Part shown: in pieces, positions 45,015-52,712 of the stretch
Layout: every line of letters starts with the position of its first letter
Numbering within the stretch: the stretch's first letter is position 1
Assembly (NCBI GenBank): GCA_947302355.1
Contig: CAMYUU010000001.1
Coordinates: 465 to 64,464 of the forward strand
Source of the DNA: an uncultured Candidatus Saccharibacteria bacterium
Lineage (GTDB): Bacteria; Patescibacteriota; Saccharimonadia; Saccharimonadales; Saccharimonadaceae
Reading direction: 5' to 3'
DNA: 64,000 nt
Program-made: the position numbers and the translations under genes
Notes under the pieces: model-generated
Seen by the model: the letters and a program-made list of their open reading frames with translations, nothing else
Told to the model about the DNA's origin: nothing
Databases searched by the model: none

Positions 45015-45881
45015 TTAGACTTCGATGTGCTTGAGCCCACGATTCTTTTTATGCTTTTTGATAATTTGGATAACGGTAATTATCAGTGTCACGATAGTCA
45101 TAATAACTAATGCCATAAACCAAATCGGGCAAATGATGACTTCTTTTTCAATTTGCGACAAATCACCTCTATAGTAAATGGATTGTGAAACCTTCACTAC
45201 CCCAAGAGCGGGGAGGTTATCAATTTCGCGTTCAATATAACGCTCTGTGTCTGGCATAATGATTTCGGAATACTCGCCAGGGTTATCTTCGGTGGGTAAT
45301 ATTACCTGACCGGTGAAGAAATCTGAAACAGTAATGATGAAAGTGGCATTTTCATGAACATTGCCATGGTTATTGAGCAAAGCGCTGACCGTGATTGGAG
45401 GGGATACTACAAAGCCCGGAATATTGTTTTCAAGCACTTTGCCTTCGTGTCTCGTTTCACCTGCTACCTGAGCATAGATGATGCTGGCTAGCTCGAAGAC
45501 ATTTTGTACGGTTACGCCATTATTAGATGAATCATCATTATTCGAAGACACGGCTATTGCGGCATATTGGCCGCCGGCCGGAGCGTCTTTCGGGACAGTA
45601 ATAGTGAAATTGATTTTCTTACTCTCGTTGGGCGCAACTTTGCCGGTCGGTTCATCAATCTTGATCCACTTAGAGATAGCGGTATAGCTGGTATCCGTTG
45701 TTAAGTCGGCCGAATAATCATTACCAACCACACCATACGGCATAATAGTAGCTTTGTAGCTAAAATCTTCTGTGGCGTCGGCTGGATTGACGACCGTAAT
45801 TGAGCCTTCTACCGTTTCGCCCGGCGCTAAATTATCAAAGCGCTGACTCATCGGCAAGACCGTAAAGGTATTGTTTTCCAT
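45015..45881 (-). CDS. membrane-anchored protein with beta-sandwich-like ectodomain (DUF916-like?)
   Basis: 288 aa. LAPGETVEGSITVVNPADATEDF pattern; C-terminal TM WFMALVIMTIVTLIITVIQII followed by KKHKKNR. Confidence 0.4.
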   Translation of the reverse strand: MENNTFTVLPMSQRFDNLAPGETVEGSITVVNPADATEDFSYKATIMPYGVVGNDYSADLTTDTSYTAISKWIKIDEPTGKVAPNESKKINFTITVPKDAPAGGQYAAIAVSSNNDDSSNNGVTVQNVFELASIIYAQVAGETRHEGKVLENNIPGFVVSPPITVSALLNNHGNVHENATFIITVSDFFTGQVILPTEDNPGEYSEIIMPDTERYIEREIDNLPALGVVKVSQSIYYRGDLSQIEKEVIICPIWFMALVIMTIVTLIITVIQIIKKHKKNRGLKHIEV

Positions 45882-45920
45882 TTATCCTCCACAATTTATT
45901 TTTTCTATTATAGCAGACTA

Positions 45921-46472
45921 TTACTCTATACGCAAAATCTCACCAGTGCCCGATTTGAGATATAGTAAACGTTGGTTATTTGAGCCACGAAACCTTAAGC
46001 TAAGGTCTTTCTTGGCCAAAATAAAAGGACCGTCAATTATGGCGTCAAGGGATTTAAGGAATTCCCATGGTTCCCCGCCAAATTCTTTGATTATCTCGTA
46101 AGTAAAACCAGAAAAGCTCCAAACGTTCCAATTTAATTCTTGGCGTACCCAGTCGGCAATTTCTTTACAAGCTTTGGCTTGCACGAACGGTTCTCCGCCA
46201 CAGAAAGTAAGACCCGCTTGACCTTTGAAATTTTTCAACTCTTTTTTAATATCGTCGATTTTGGCTAAATAACCAGCTTCATAATCCCAAGTTTCGGGAT
46301 TTTGACAGCCTTTACAATGATTGGGGCAACCCTGAGTCCAAAGGACTACTCTGAGACCATCACCGTTTACGATGTTGTCATGCTCGAGGGGGCCCGATAG
46401 CCTAATATAACCATCGGGCACCTCCATTTGCTTAGCGATTTTGTCTAGTGCAATTTTATGATAATCTTTCAA
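45921..46472 (-). CDS. nrdG: anaerobic ribonucleoside-triphosphate reductase activating protein (radical SAM)
   Basis: 183 aa. TTG start with a GAAGGAGA SD. IVNGDGLRVVLWTQGCPNHCKGCQNPETW matches the NrdG CxxxCxxC region. Overlaps nrdD by 17 nt. Confidence 0.9.
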   Translation of the reverse strand: MKDYHKIALDKIAKQMEVPDGYIRLSGPLEHDNIVNGDGLRVVLWTQGCPNHCKGCQNPETWDYEAGYLAKIDDIKKELKNFKGQAGLTFCGGEPFVQAKACKEIADWVRQELNWNVWSFSGFTYEIIKEFGGEPWEFLKSLDAIIDGPFILAKKDLSLRFRGSNNQRLLYLKSGTGEILRIE

Positions 46473-48633
46473 AGTTCACATCTCCTTCTAAGCGGCCACA
46501 GTGTGGGCAACGTTCACCAGTAATAACGCCTGAAAAACCACAGACCGGATCGCGATCAACTGGGTGATTGACTGAACCATAGCCAATACCTTCATCGTGC
46601 ATTTTGCGAATTACAGATTCGAAAGCTTCAATATTCTGGGACGGATCGCCATCTAACTCAATATAGGTGATGTGGCCGGCGTTACATAGATTATGGTATG
46701 GAGCCTCGATTTCAATTTTTTCGAAGGCGGAAATTGGGAAATAGACTGGGATATGAAAAGAGTTAGTATAGAATTCGCGGTCAGTGACGCCTTTAATTTT
46801 GCCATATTCTTTGCGATCCATCCGAGTGAAGCGCCCGGCGATTCCCTCTGCTGGAGTAGCAAGAAGCGAGAAATTAAGTTTGTACTTCTTGCAATATTGA
46901 TCACATTTTTCGCGCATGTGAGTAACTATATCAAGACCAAGTTCACGAGCGTCTTCGTCTTCACCGTGATGTTTGCCAACCATGGCGACGAGAGTTTCGG
47001 CAAGACCGATGAAGCCAATAGACAAAGTGCCATGTTTAATGACATCACGCAGGGTGTCATTAGGCCCAAGTTTTTCGGAACCGAACCAGTTGCCTTGACC
47101 CATTAGAAATGGGAAGTTGCGGACGTGTTGATTAGCTTGGAATTCGAAGCGCTCTAATAACTCGTCTCTTACGAGATCCATTTTTTCGTCAAGCTCTTTG
47201 TAGAATCCGTCCCAGTCAGCTTCTTTGCGTTCACCAAGACAGATACCATGCTTAATGCCAATGCGGACTAAATTGATAGTGGTAAAGGAAAGATTGCCAC
47301 GACCAGTGACGATACCATCGGATTCTGGGAAAATGGATGCAAAGACGCGAGTGCGGCAACCCATGGTAGCAATCTCGGTGCGGTAGTCGCCTTTTTTGTA
47401 GTACTTAAGATTGTATGGTGCGTCTACGAAACAGAAATTTGGGAAAAGTCGCTTGGCGGATACTTCCATAGATTTCTTAAACAAATCGTAGTTTGGGTCT
47501 TCAGGATTATAGTTTACGCCTTCTTTAACCTTGAAAATGCTGATTGGGAAAATTGGCGTTTCACCTTTGCCAAGGCCATTTTCGGTAGCCTGCAACAAAT
47601 ACTTCGAAACTAAGCGACCGGCCGGCGTGGTATCTGTGCCGAAGTTGATACTAGTAAATGGCACCTGGGCGCCCGCGCGGGAATGCATAGTATTAAGATT
47701 ATGAACAAAACCTTCCATTGCTTGGAGTGTTTCGCGTTCAACGTCTTCGTTTGAGGCCTCAATTACTTCTTTTGGCCATTTAGCTTTCTTTAACTTAGCA
47801 TCGTCGCCAAATTCGATATTGTCTTTGACTTCGAGGTCGAGCTTTTTGCCAGTAAATTTATTGTACTTCTCTAGATTCTTTTTCAGAGCCTTACGAAAAG
47901 ACTTATTGACGCCTGGCGCCATCGCATAGTCGAAATTAGGAATAGATTGACCACCGTGTTGTTCGTTCTGGTTAGCTTGAAGCAGGATTGCCGCAAGCGC
48001 ACCGTAGGAGCCGATAGAATTTGGAGTACGCAAGTGGCCATGGCCAGTGTTAAAACCGCCATTTTCAAACATTATAAAAGGATCCGACTGGCAGCAAGTG
48101 AGGGTGCCGGTAGCATAGAAATCTAAATCGTGAATATGGATATCACCACTGTCGTGAGCTAATGCGATATCTGGACGGAGCAAAATGGATTTTGCAAAAA
48201 TCTTGGAACCCTCGGCACCGAATTGAAGCATTTTACCCATGGCGGAGTTACCATCTACGTTAGCGTTAGACCTTTTAATATCTGAATCTTCAGAAGCATC
48301 AGCATTAGAAATGGTGCGATAAATCATCATTAAATCAGACTTAGCATCACGAATGCGCGAACGTTCTTGGCGATAGCGAATGTAGGCTCTAGCAGTCTTT
48401 TTAAAGCTAGATTCCATAAGAACTTCTTCTACTATATCCTGGATTTGCTCAACGTTTGGAGTGCGAGCAGTGATTTTTTCGTCAGCTTTTTTTAGAACTT
48501 TTTCAGTAAGAGCCTTAGCACGATCATACTTGAATTCTTCTGTTGCGAGGCCAGCTTTAGCGATAGCTTCAGTAATCTTTTCGGGGTCGAATTTGACAAT
48601 CTTGCCGTCTCTCTTGATAATTCTTTTGAACAT
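46456..48633 (-). CDS. nrdD: anaerobic ribonucleoside-triphosphate reductase, large subunit (no recognisable glycyl-radical motif at C-terminus)
   Basis: 725 aa. ATP-cone (IIKRDGKIVKFDPEKI), ATMGCRTRV, GRGNLSFTTINL, Zn-ribbon remnant VCGFSG...CPHCG. The ORF stops 13 aa after CPHC. Confidence 0.88.
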   Translation of the reverse strand: MFKRIIKRDGKIVKFDPEKITEAIAKAGLATEEFKYDRAKALTEKVLKKADEKITARTPNVEQIQDIVEEVLMESSFKKTARAYIRYRQERSRIRDAKSDLMMIYRTISNADASEDSDIKRSNANVDGNSAMGKMLQFGAEGSKIFAKSILLRPDIALAHDSGDIHIHDLDFYATGTLTCCQSDPFIMFENGGFNTGHGHLRTPNSIGSYGALAAILLQANQNEQHGGQSIPNFDYAMAPGVNKSFRKALKKNLEKYNKFTGKKLDLEVKDNIEFGDDAKLKKAKWPKEVIEASNEDVERETLQAMEGFVHNLNTMHSRAGAQVPFTSINFGTDTTPAGRLVSKYLLQATENGLGKGETPIFPISIFKVKEGVNYNPEDPNYDLFKKSMEVSAKRLFPNFCFVDAPYNLKYYKKGDYRTEIATMGCRTRVFASIFPESDGIVTGRGNLSFTTINLVRIGIKHGICLGERKEADWDGFYKELDEKMDLVRDELLERFEFQANQHVRNFPFLMGQGNWFGSEKLGPNDTLRDVIKHGTLSIGFIGLAETLVAMVGKHHGEDEDARELGLDIVTHMREKCDQYCKKYKLNFSLLATPAEGIAGRFTRMDRKEYGKIKGVTDREFYTNSFHIPVYFPISAFEKIEIEAPYHNLCNAGHITYIELDGDPSQNIEAFESVIRKMHDEGIGYGSVNHPVDRDPVCGFSGVITGERCPHCGRLEGDVNFERLS

Positions 48634-48667
48634 TTTACCTCCTTCGTATGTTCAGATATTTATGTAT

Positions 48668-48717
48668 AACGCTATATTTAGTGCTTAGTACCCAGTATAT
48701 AACACTAAATATGGGTT
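48668..48717. promoter_or_regulatory. putative tandem NrdR boxes upstream of nrdDG
   Basis: GCACTAAATATAGCGT (minus-strand reading of 48669-48684; 13/16 to the consensus acaCwAtATaTwGtgt as I recall it) and ACACTAAATATGGGTT (48702-48717; 12/16). Centres about 33 bp apart. Confidence 0.4.
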
Positions 48718-48734
48718 TGCAAGACTATTTATGG

Positions 48735-49760
48735 TTAATTCAAAAATCCGTTAATGATTCTCGATTCGGCTTCTTTTTTGGTCAGACCGAGCGTCATGAG
48801 CTTATTAATTTGGTCGGAGGCGAGTTTGCCGATGGCGGCCTCATGGATTAGCTCGGCGTCTTTAGTTTTGGCATTTAGTGCTGGAATAGCGTGGACCGCA
48901 GCATCGTCCATAATAATAGCATCACACTCAGAATGACCGCGACATTTATTATTCCCTATGATTGTGGCCTTAAAGGTTTGTTTTGATAGGTCACGAGCGA
49001 TGGAGCGCGAAGCGAGGTCGGCAGTAGAATCTTTACCATTTAAGTTTATTTCATAAAGACTTTCGGCACTTTGACGGCCATGGGTAAATAGGCGCTCTTT
49101 AACCATAAGCTTGGCGTTATCTTCGAGCTCCGCCGTGGTTTTTCGAATGGTAGAATCCACACCTTTGATTTGTTCAAGCTCAAGTGTTGCTTCGGAGTCT
49201 TTTTCGAGATAGACTTCAGTAGTTGGATTAAGGATTTTACCACCACCGCCGCGACCAAAACCATAGTGCTTTTCGATGTATTTTATTTTGGCATTTTTGC
49301 CCACGTAAAAACGATGGATGCCATCATGAACAGAATCTTGATCACCGCAATTATAGATACCGCAACCAGCAATAATAGTAACTTTGGAATTATCACCGAT
49401 ATAAAAATCGTTATATACCGCCTCCTTGAGGCCAGTGGCACTAATAGCTACAGGAATATGTACGGTTTCGTTTTTGGTGCCAGGTTTAATATAAATGTCT
49501 AAGCCGCTCTTTTTCTGCTTAGTTTTTATGTCAATATTTGCCGTGGATTTACGCCCGACAGATTTGCCATTGACACGAAAATTATAAGCACCTTTTGGAG
49601 CTGATAGCCGAAATGATGTTTCTCGGGCCGCGTCGCTCGCTCCCGTCGCCACGGGGCTCGCGCGCTCGTCCTCGCCTTGCCAGGCTCCGGATTCCCTCGA
49701 AACATCATTATCCGCTATTACTTCACAAAAGATTTGCTTTTCTTCTTCGCTTAGATTCAT
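48735..49760 (-). CDS. sufB: SufB/SufD-family Fe-S cluster assembly protein
   Basis: 341 aa. C-terminal IHEAAIGKLASDQINKLMTLGLTKKEAESRIINGF matches the SufB/D signature. The N-terminal region contains repeat copy B. 4-nt overlap with sufC. Confidence 0.85.
   Translation of the reverse strand: MNLSEEEKQIFCEVIADNDVSRESGAWQGEDERASPVATGASDAARETSFRLSAPKGAYNFRVNGKSVGRKSTANIDIKTKQKKSGLDIYIKPGTKNETVHIPVAISATGLKEAVYNDFYIGDNSKVTIIAGCGIYNCGDQDSVHDGIHRFYVGKNAKIKYIEKHYGFGRGGGGKILNPTTEVYLEKDSEATLELEQIKGVDSTIRKTTAELEDNAKLMVKERLFTHGRQSAESLYEINLNGKDSTADLASRSIARDLSKQTFKATIIGNNKCRGHSECDAIIMDDAAVHAIPALNAKTKDAELIHEAAIGKLASDQINKLMTLGLTKKEAESRIINGFLN
49612..49709. repeat. GC-rich palindromic mini-element, family 1 copy B (inside sufB/D codons ~18-50)
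   Basis: Core 49624-49698 matches copy A at 70/75. Perfect 11-nt outer arms AATGATGTTTC / GAAACATCATT. Confidence 0.85.
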
Positions 49761-50452
49761 AGCTTACCTCCTGTGATTTTGGGCAAAATCTTGGCAGGAG
49801 TGCCGTGAGATTTGATTTTGCCATCATTTAAAACGATGATTTCATCGGCGATTTTTAGGATTCTATCTTGATGAGAAATAATAATAAGAGTACGGTTTTC
49901 GGCTTTTAGCTTTTTGAAAACTTTGGTAAGGTTTTCAAAACTCCAGAGATCGATGCCGGCCTCGGGTTCATCAAAGATCATTATTTTAGCATCACGCGCT
50001 AGGACACTAGCAATTTCAATGCGTTTTAGTTCTCCGCCAGATAGTTTGTCATTTATCTCGCGCAATAGATATTCATCTGGATTTAGGCCTACTTGTTTGA
50101 GATATTTGCTGGCTTCCTTTTCGGAAACTAGCTCGCCGCGTGCGATACTAATCAAATCATAAACTTTGATGCCTTTTAATTTGACGGGTTGCTGAAAGGA
50201 AAAGGCGAGACCAAAATTGGCGCGTTCGGTAATGGTTTTATTAGTAATGTCGGTTTTATCTAGGAGGATTTGCCCCTCAGAGGGGCGCTTGATGCCCATA
50301 ATAATCTGGGCAAGGGTGGATTTTCCGCTGCCATTCGTGCCAGTAATTACAATAAGACTACCACCCTTAATTTTCAGCGAAATAGAGTCTAGGACTTTTT
50401 TCCTAGACCCACCGCTGACTTCGTAGCTTATATTCTTTATTTCAAACATCAT
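49757..50452 (-). CDS. sufC: Fe-S cluster assembly ATPase SufC
   Basis: 231 aa. Walker A GTNGSGKST, signature LSGGELKR, Walker B IMIFDEPEAGID. Confidence 0.92.
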   Translation of the reverse strand: MMFEIKNISYEVSGGSRKKVLDSISLKIKGGSLIVITGTNGSGKSTLAQIIMGIKRPSEGQILLDKTDITNKTITERANFGLAFSFQQPVKLKGIKVYDLISIARGELVSEKEASKYLKQVGLNPDEYLLREINDKLSGGELKRIEIASVLARDAKIMIFDEPEAGIDLWSFENLTKVFKKLKAENRTLIIISHQDRILKIADEIIVLNDGKIKSHGTPAKILPKITGGKL

Positions 50453-50495
50453 CCTTGTACATCTATGATTGTAGCATATATTTCATGGGAGTTTA

Positions 50496-50504
50496 TGCTA
50501 TATT
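50496..50504 (+). promoter_or_regulatory. extended -10 box (TGCTATATT) 6 nt from ATG 50511; predicted leaderless start
   Basis: TGCTATATT-TAATCT-ATG. Confidence 0.4.
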
Positions 50505-50510
50505 TAATCT

Positions 50511-50987
50511 ATGGATGTCATAATTAAACGAGCAAAAATTAATGATTTAGAAACGGTCCAGCAATTTGGATATCGATTGCTGGAGTACGAACGAAACAAT
50601 TGGGACCCAGATCTTGAACTGGATTGGCCTTTTAGCGAACAAGGTAAGGATGCATACACCAAAGCTATAAATGACGGTTATACGATAATCGCAGAGATAG
50701 ATGGGAGGCCAGTAGGGTTCTTAATTGGCTCCATCAGAAGACCAAAAGCTGGAACTGCTCGCCAGATAACGGCTGCACAACTAGAAAATATTTTTGTAAA
50801 TGAGGACGCGCGAGTTAAAGGTGTGGGTAAGAAATTAGCTGAAGAATTCAAAAAATATTGCCTTGCGGAGAAAGTTGATAAACTAAATGTGGTGGTAAAT
50901 TCTGAAAATGTGGGAGCTATAGAGTTTTATAAAAAGATTGGTTTTCTTCCTTCGCGAATGATTTTGTCGCAAGATTTAAGTAATTAA
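50511..50987 (+). CDS. GNAT family N-acetyltransferase
   Basis: 158 aa. LENIFVNEDARVKGVGKKLAEE is the acetyl-CoA binding motif A (Q/RxxGxG/A). Confidence 0.8.
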   Translation: MDVIIKRAKINDLETVQQFGYRLLEYERNNWDPDLELDWPFSEQGKDAYTKAINDGYTIIAEIDGRPVGFLIGSIRRPKAGTARQITAAQLENIFVNEDARVKGVGKKLAEEFKKYCLAEKVDKLNVVVNSENVGAIEFYKKIGFLPSRMILSQDLSN

Positions 50988-50991
50988 ATCA

Positions 50992-51000
50992 TGTTATAAT
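50992..51000 (+). promoter_or_regulatory. extended -10 box (TGTTATAAT) 6 nt from ATG 51007; predicted leaderless start
   Basis: TGTTATAAT-GAGCTT-ATG. Confidence 0.45.
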
Positions 51001-51006
51001 GAGCTT

Positions 51007-51651
51007 ATGGTAAAGAAGCTAACTTTTCAGAAAAATTATCATGATTATTTAGACGGCAAGTTAAAACTTGCGAATTATCAAAAAGTTGGTATTGCCTTTC
51101 TAATTACGGTAATTGCTGGATGTGTGGGATGGCTGTATGAATTTGTGTTTACTTTTGCTAATGAAGGTACGGGCGAATGGTATATGAAAGGCGGAAATTT
51201 GTTGCCGTGGATTAATATTTATGCAATTGGCGCGCTTCTAGTAGTGCCGCTAACATATCGCTTTAGGCAATATCCACCCGTCGTGTTTGTGATTGCGTTT
51301 TTAACGACTGGTTTTGTGGAATTGGTGGGTGGCTGGTTGGTTTATGTAATTGGCAATGGTACAAGGTATTGGGACTATAATGATCAGCCTTGGAATTTTG
51401 GCAATATTGGTGGGTTCGTATGCTTACTCAGTGTTTCAGCATTCGCAATTGGTTCCCTGCTCCTAATGTATGCAGTGCTACCGTTTTGTATTTATTTGGC
51501 AAGAAGAATGAGCAAGCGGGCTTTTTTAGCGCTCGCAATTACGCTATTTGCATTGATAATGATTGATGAATTAATGAATCTGACTTTAAAGAATATGAAT
51601 TTGCCAACGGCAATGGACTATTACCGGTCGCAGGGGTGGGAATACAGATAA
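51007..51651 (+). CDS. integral membrane protein (DUF1113/CmpB-like?)
   Basis: 214 aa, about 5 TM helices. GCVGWLYEFVF...GGNLLPWINIYAIGALL is loosely like the putative ABC-transporter type IV family. Confidence 0.45.
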   Translation: MVKKLTFQKNYHDYLDGKLKLANYQKVGIAFLITVIAGCVGWLYEFVFTFANEGTGEWYMKGGNLLPWINIYAIGALLVVPLTYRFRQYPPVVFVIAFLTTGFVELVGGWLVYVIGNGTRYWDYNDQPWNFGNIGGFVCLLSVSAFAIGSLLLMYAVLPFCIYLARRMSKRAFLALAITLFALIMIDELMNLTLKNMNLPTAMDYYRSQGWEYR

Positions 51652-51723
51652 TTTTTTAACAAAAAGAAAGCCCGAGGACTTACGTGGCCTATAACGGCCA
51701 CTGCCCCGGGTTTTCCCACCTTC

Positions 51724-52377
51724 TTAATGTGCTGGCACGAACGCATCGGATATGCATTCTGGGCAATAGATTTGCCCTGCTTGCCAAGCGTCACGTGCAT
51801 GCTCGATCCACTCTGGCACTGACATCCCTTGGCGCATGACGCAACCGTAGTTGGTGCAGTGCCGACCAAGCTTCTCTTCGGTATGAGGACGCCTTGGATC
51901 TGCGGCCATGCCGAGGATATGTCCAAGCTCGTGCCAGATTAGGGTTTCGATTGCTAAGAAACGTTCGAGGTCGGAGTAGCCCCTAAACCTAAACACACTT
52001 TGGATGGATACCCCCTTTCCGAAGTCAGCGAGCCCGAACACAAAGTTTAGCTGTTTCCCATCATCCAGAGCCGTAATGTCATACGAAGTGACGACGATAT
52101 CGATGTGCGGGTCATTCCCCCGCCATGGTTCGCCGGCGACCAGGTCGATGAGACTGTCAGCGTTGAGTTGCGTCCCTCCGTAATTGCCGTGGACTATCTC
52201 CGTGTGCTGGATATACCAGTCGGCCGACGAGTATGCTCCGGTTGACCAGGCTGCAGATCCGTAATTTCTTATCTCCAACCCCGTGACCATCACCTTAATC
52301 TTCTGAATAGCATCTGAAATGGCATCCCTTTCCAGCTCGTCCAAACCACTGTCGTACATGACATAAATTGGCAACAT
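51724..52377 (-). CDS. archaemetzincin-like zinc metallopeptidase (M54-type motif)
   Basis: 217 aa. HELGHILGM...HCTNYGCVM...CPEC fits HExxHxxG...Cx4CxM...CxxC. Elevated G+C. Confidence 0.65.
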   Translation of the reverse strand: MLPIYVMYDSGLDELERDAISDAIQKIKVMVTGLEIRNYGSAAWSTGAYSSADWYIQHTEIVHGNYGGTQLNADSLIDLVAGEPWRGNDPHIDIVVTSYDITALDDGKQLNFVFGLADFGKGVSIQSVFRFRGYSDLERFLAIETLIWHELGHILGMAADPRRPHTEEKLGRHCTNYGCVMRQGMSVPEWIEHARDAWQAGQIYCPECISDAFVPAH

Positions 52378-52486
52378 TTTTCCCCCTTTGATAGTTTGCC
52401 CAATGCTACTTTTATAGTTTTATCATATTATAATCATTTTGTCAATGCAAACAAGAAATAAAAAATGGCCTCCAACGAGGACTTTA

Positions 52487-52563
52487 TGGTGGGGATTACA
52501 GGGCTTGAACCTGTGACCTTACGAATGTGAATCGTACGCTCTAGCCAACTGAGCTAAATCCCC
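52487..52563 (-). tRNA. tRNA-Val (anticodon CAC), CCA encoded
   Basis: GGGGATTTAGCTCAGTTGGCTAGAGCGTACGATTCACATTCGTAAGGTCACAGGTTCAAGCCCTGTAATCCCCACCA; anticodon loop UUCACAU. Confidence 0.92.
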
Positions 52564-52712
52564 AATGCAGTAATTATACCCTAATTTCTAAAAACCAGCA
52601 AGAATGCGAGGTAGTTAAGCCGCTAAGCAAGGCTCATATGACTCATCAATCTTAATATTACCTTGATTTTTTGGCAGTTTAATGTATAATTATAAACCGT
52701 TAGCCCTATTTT

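Noticed and set aside
46401-46472. Programmed frameshift fusing nrdD to nrdG to recover a glycyl-radical motif (YIRLSGPLE)
   Set aside because: A TGA lies in the nrdG frame two codons before its TTG, leaving only a ~20-nt window with no slippery sequence. The spacing from the Zn ribbon would be wrong. G-P is not the G-[YF] motif. The segment resembles the ordinary NrdG N-terminus.
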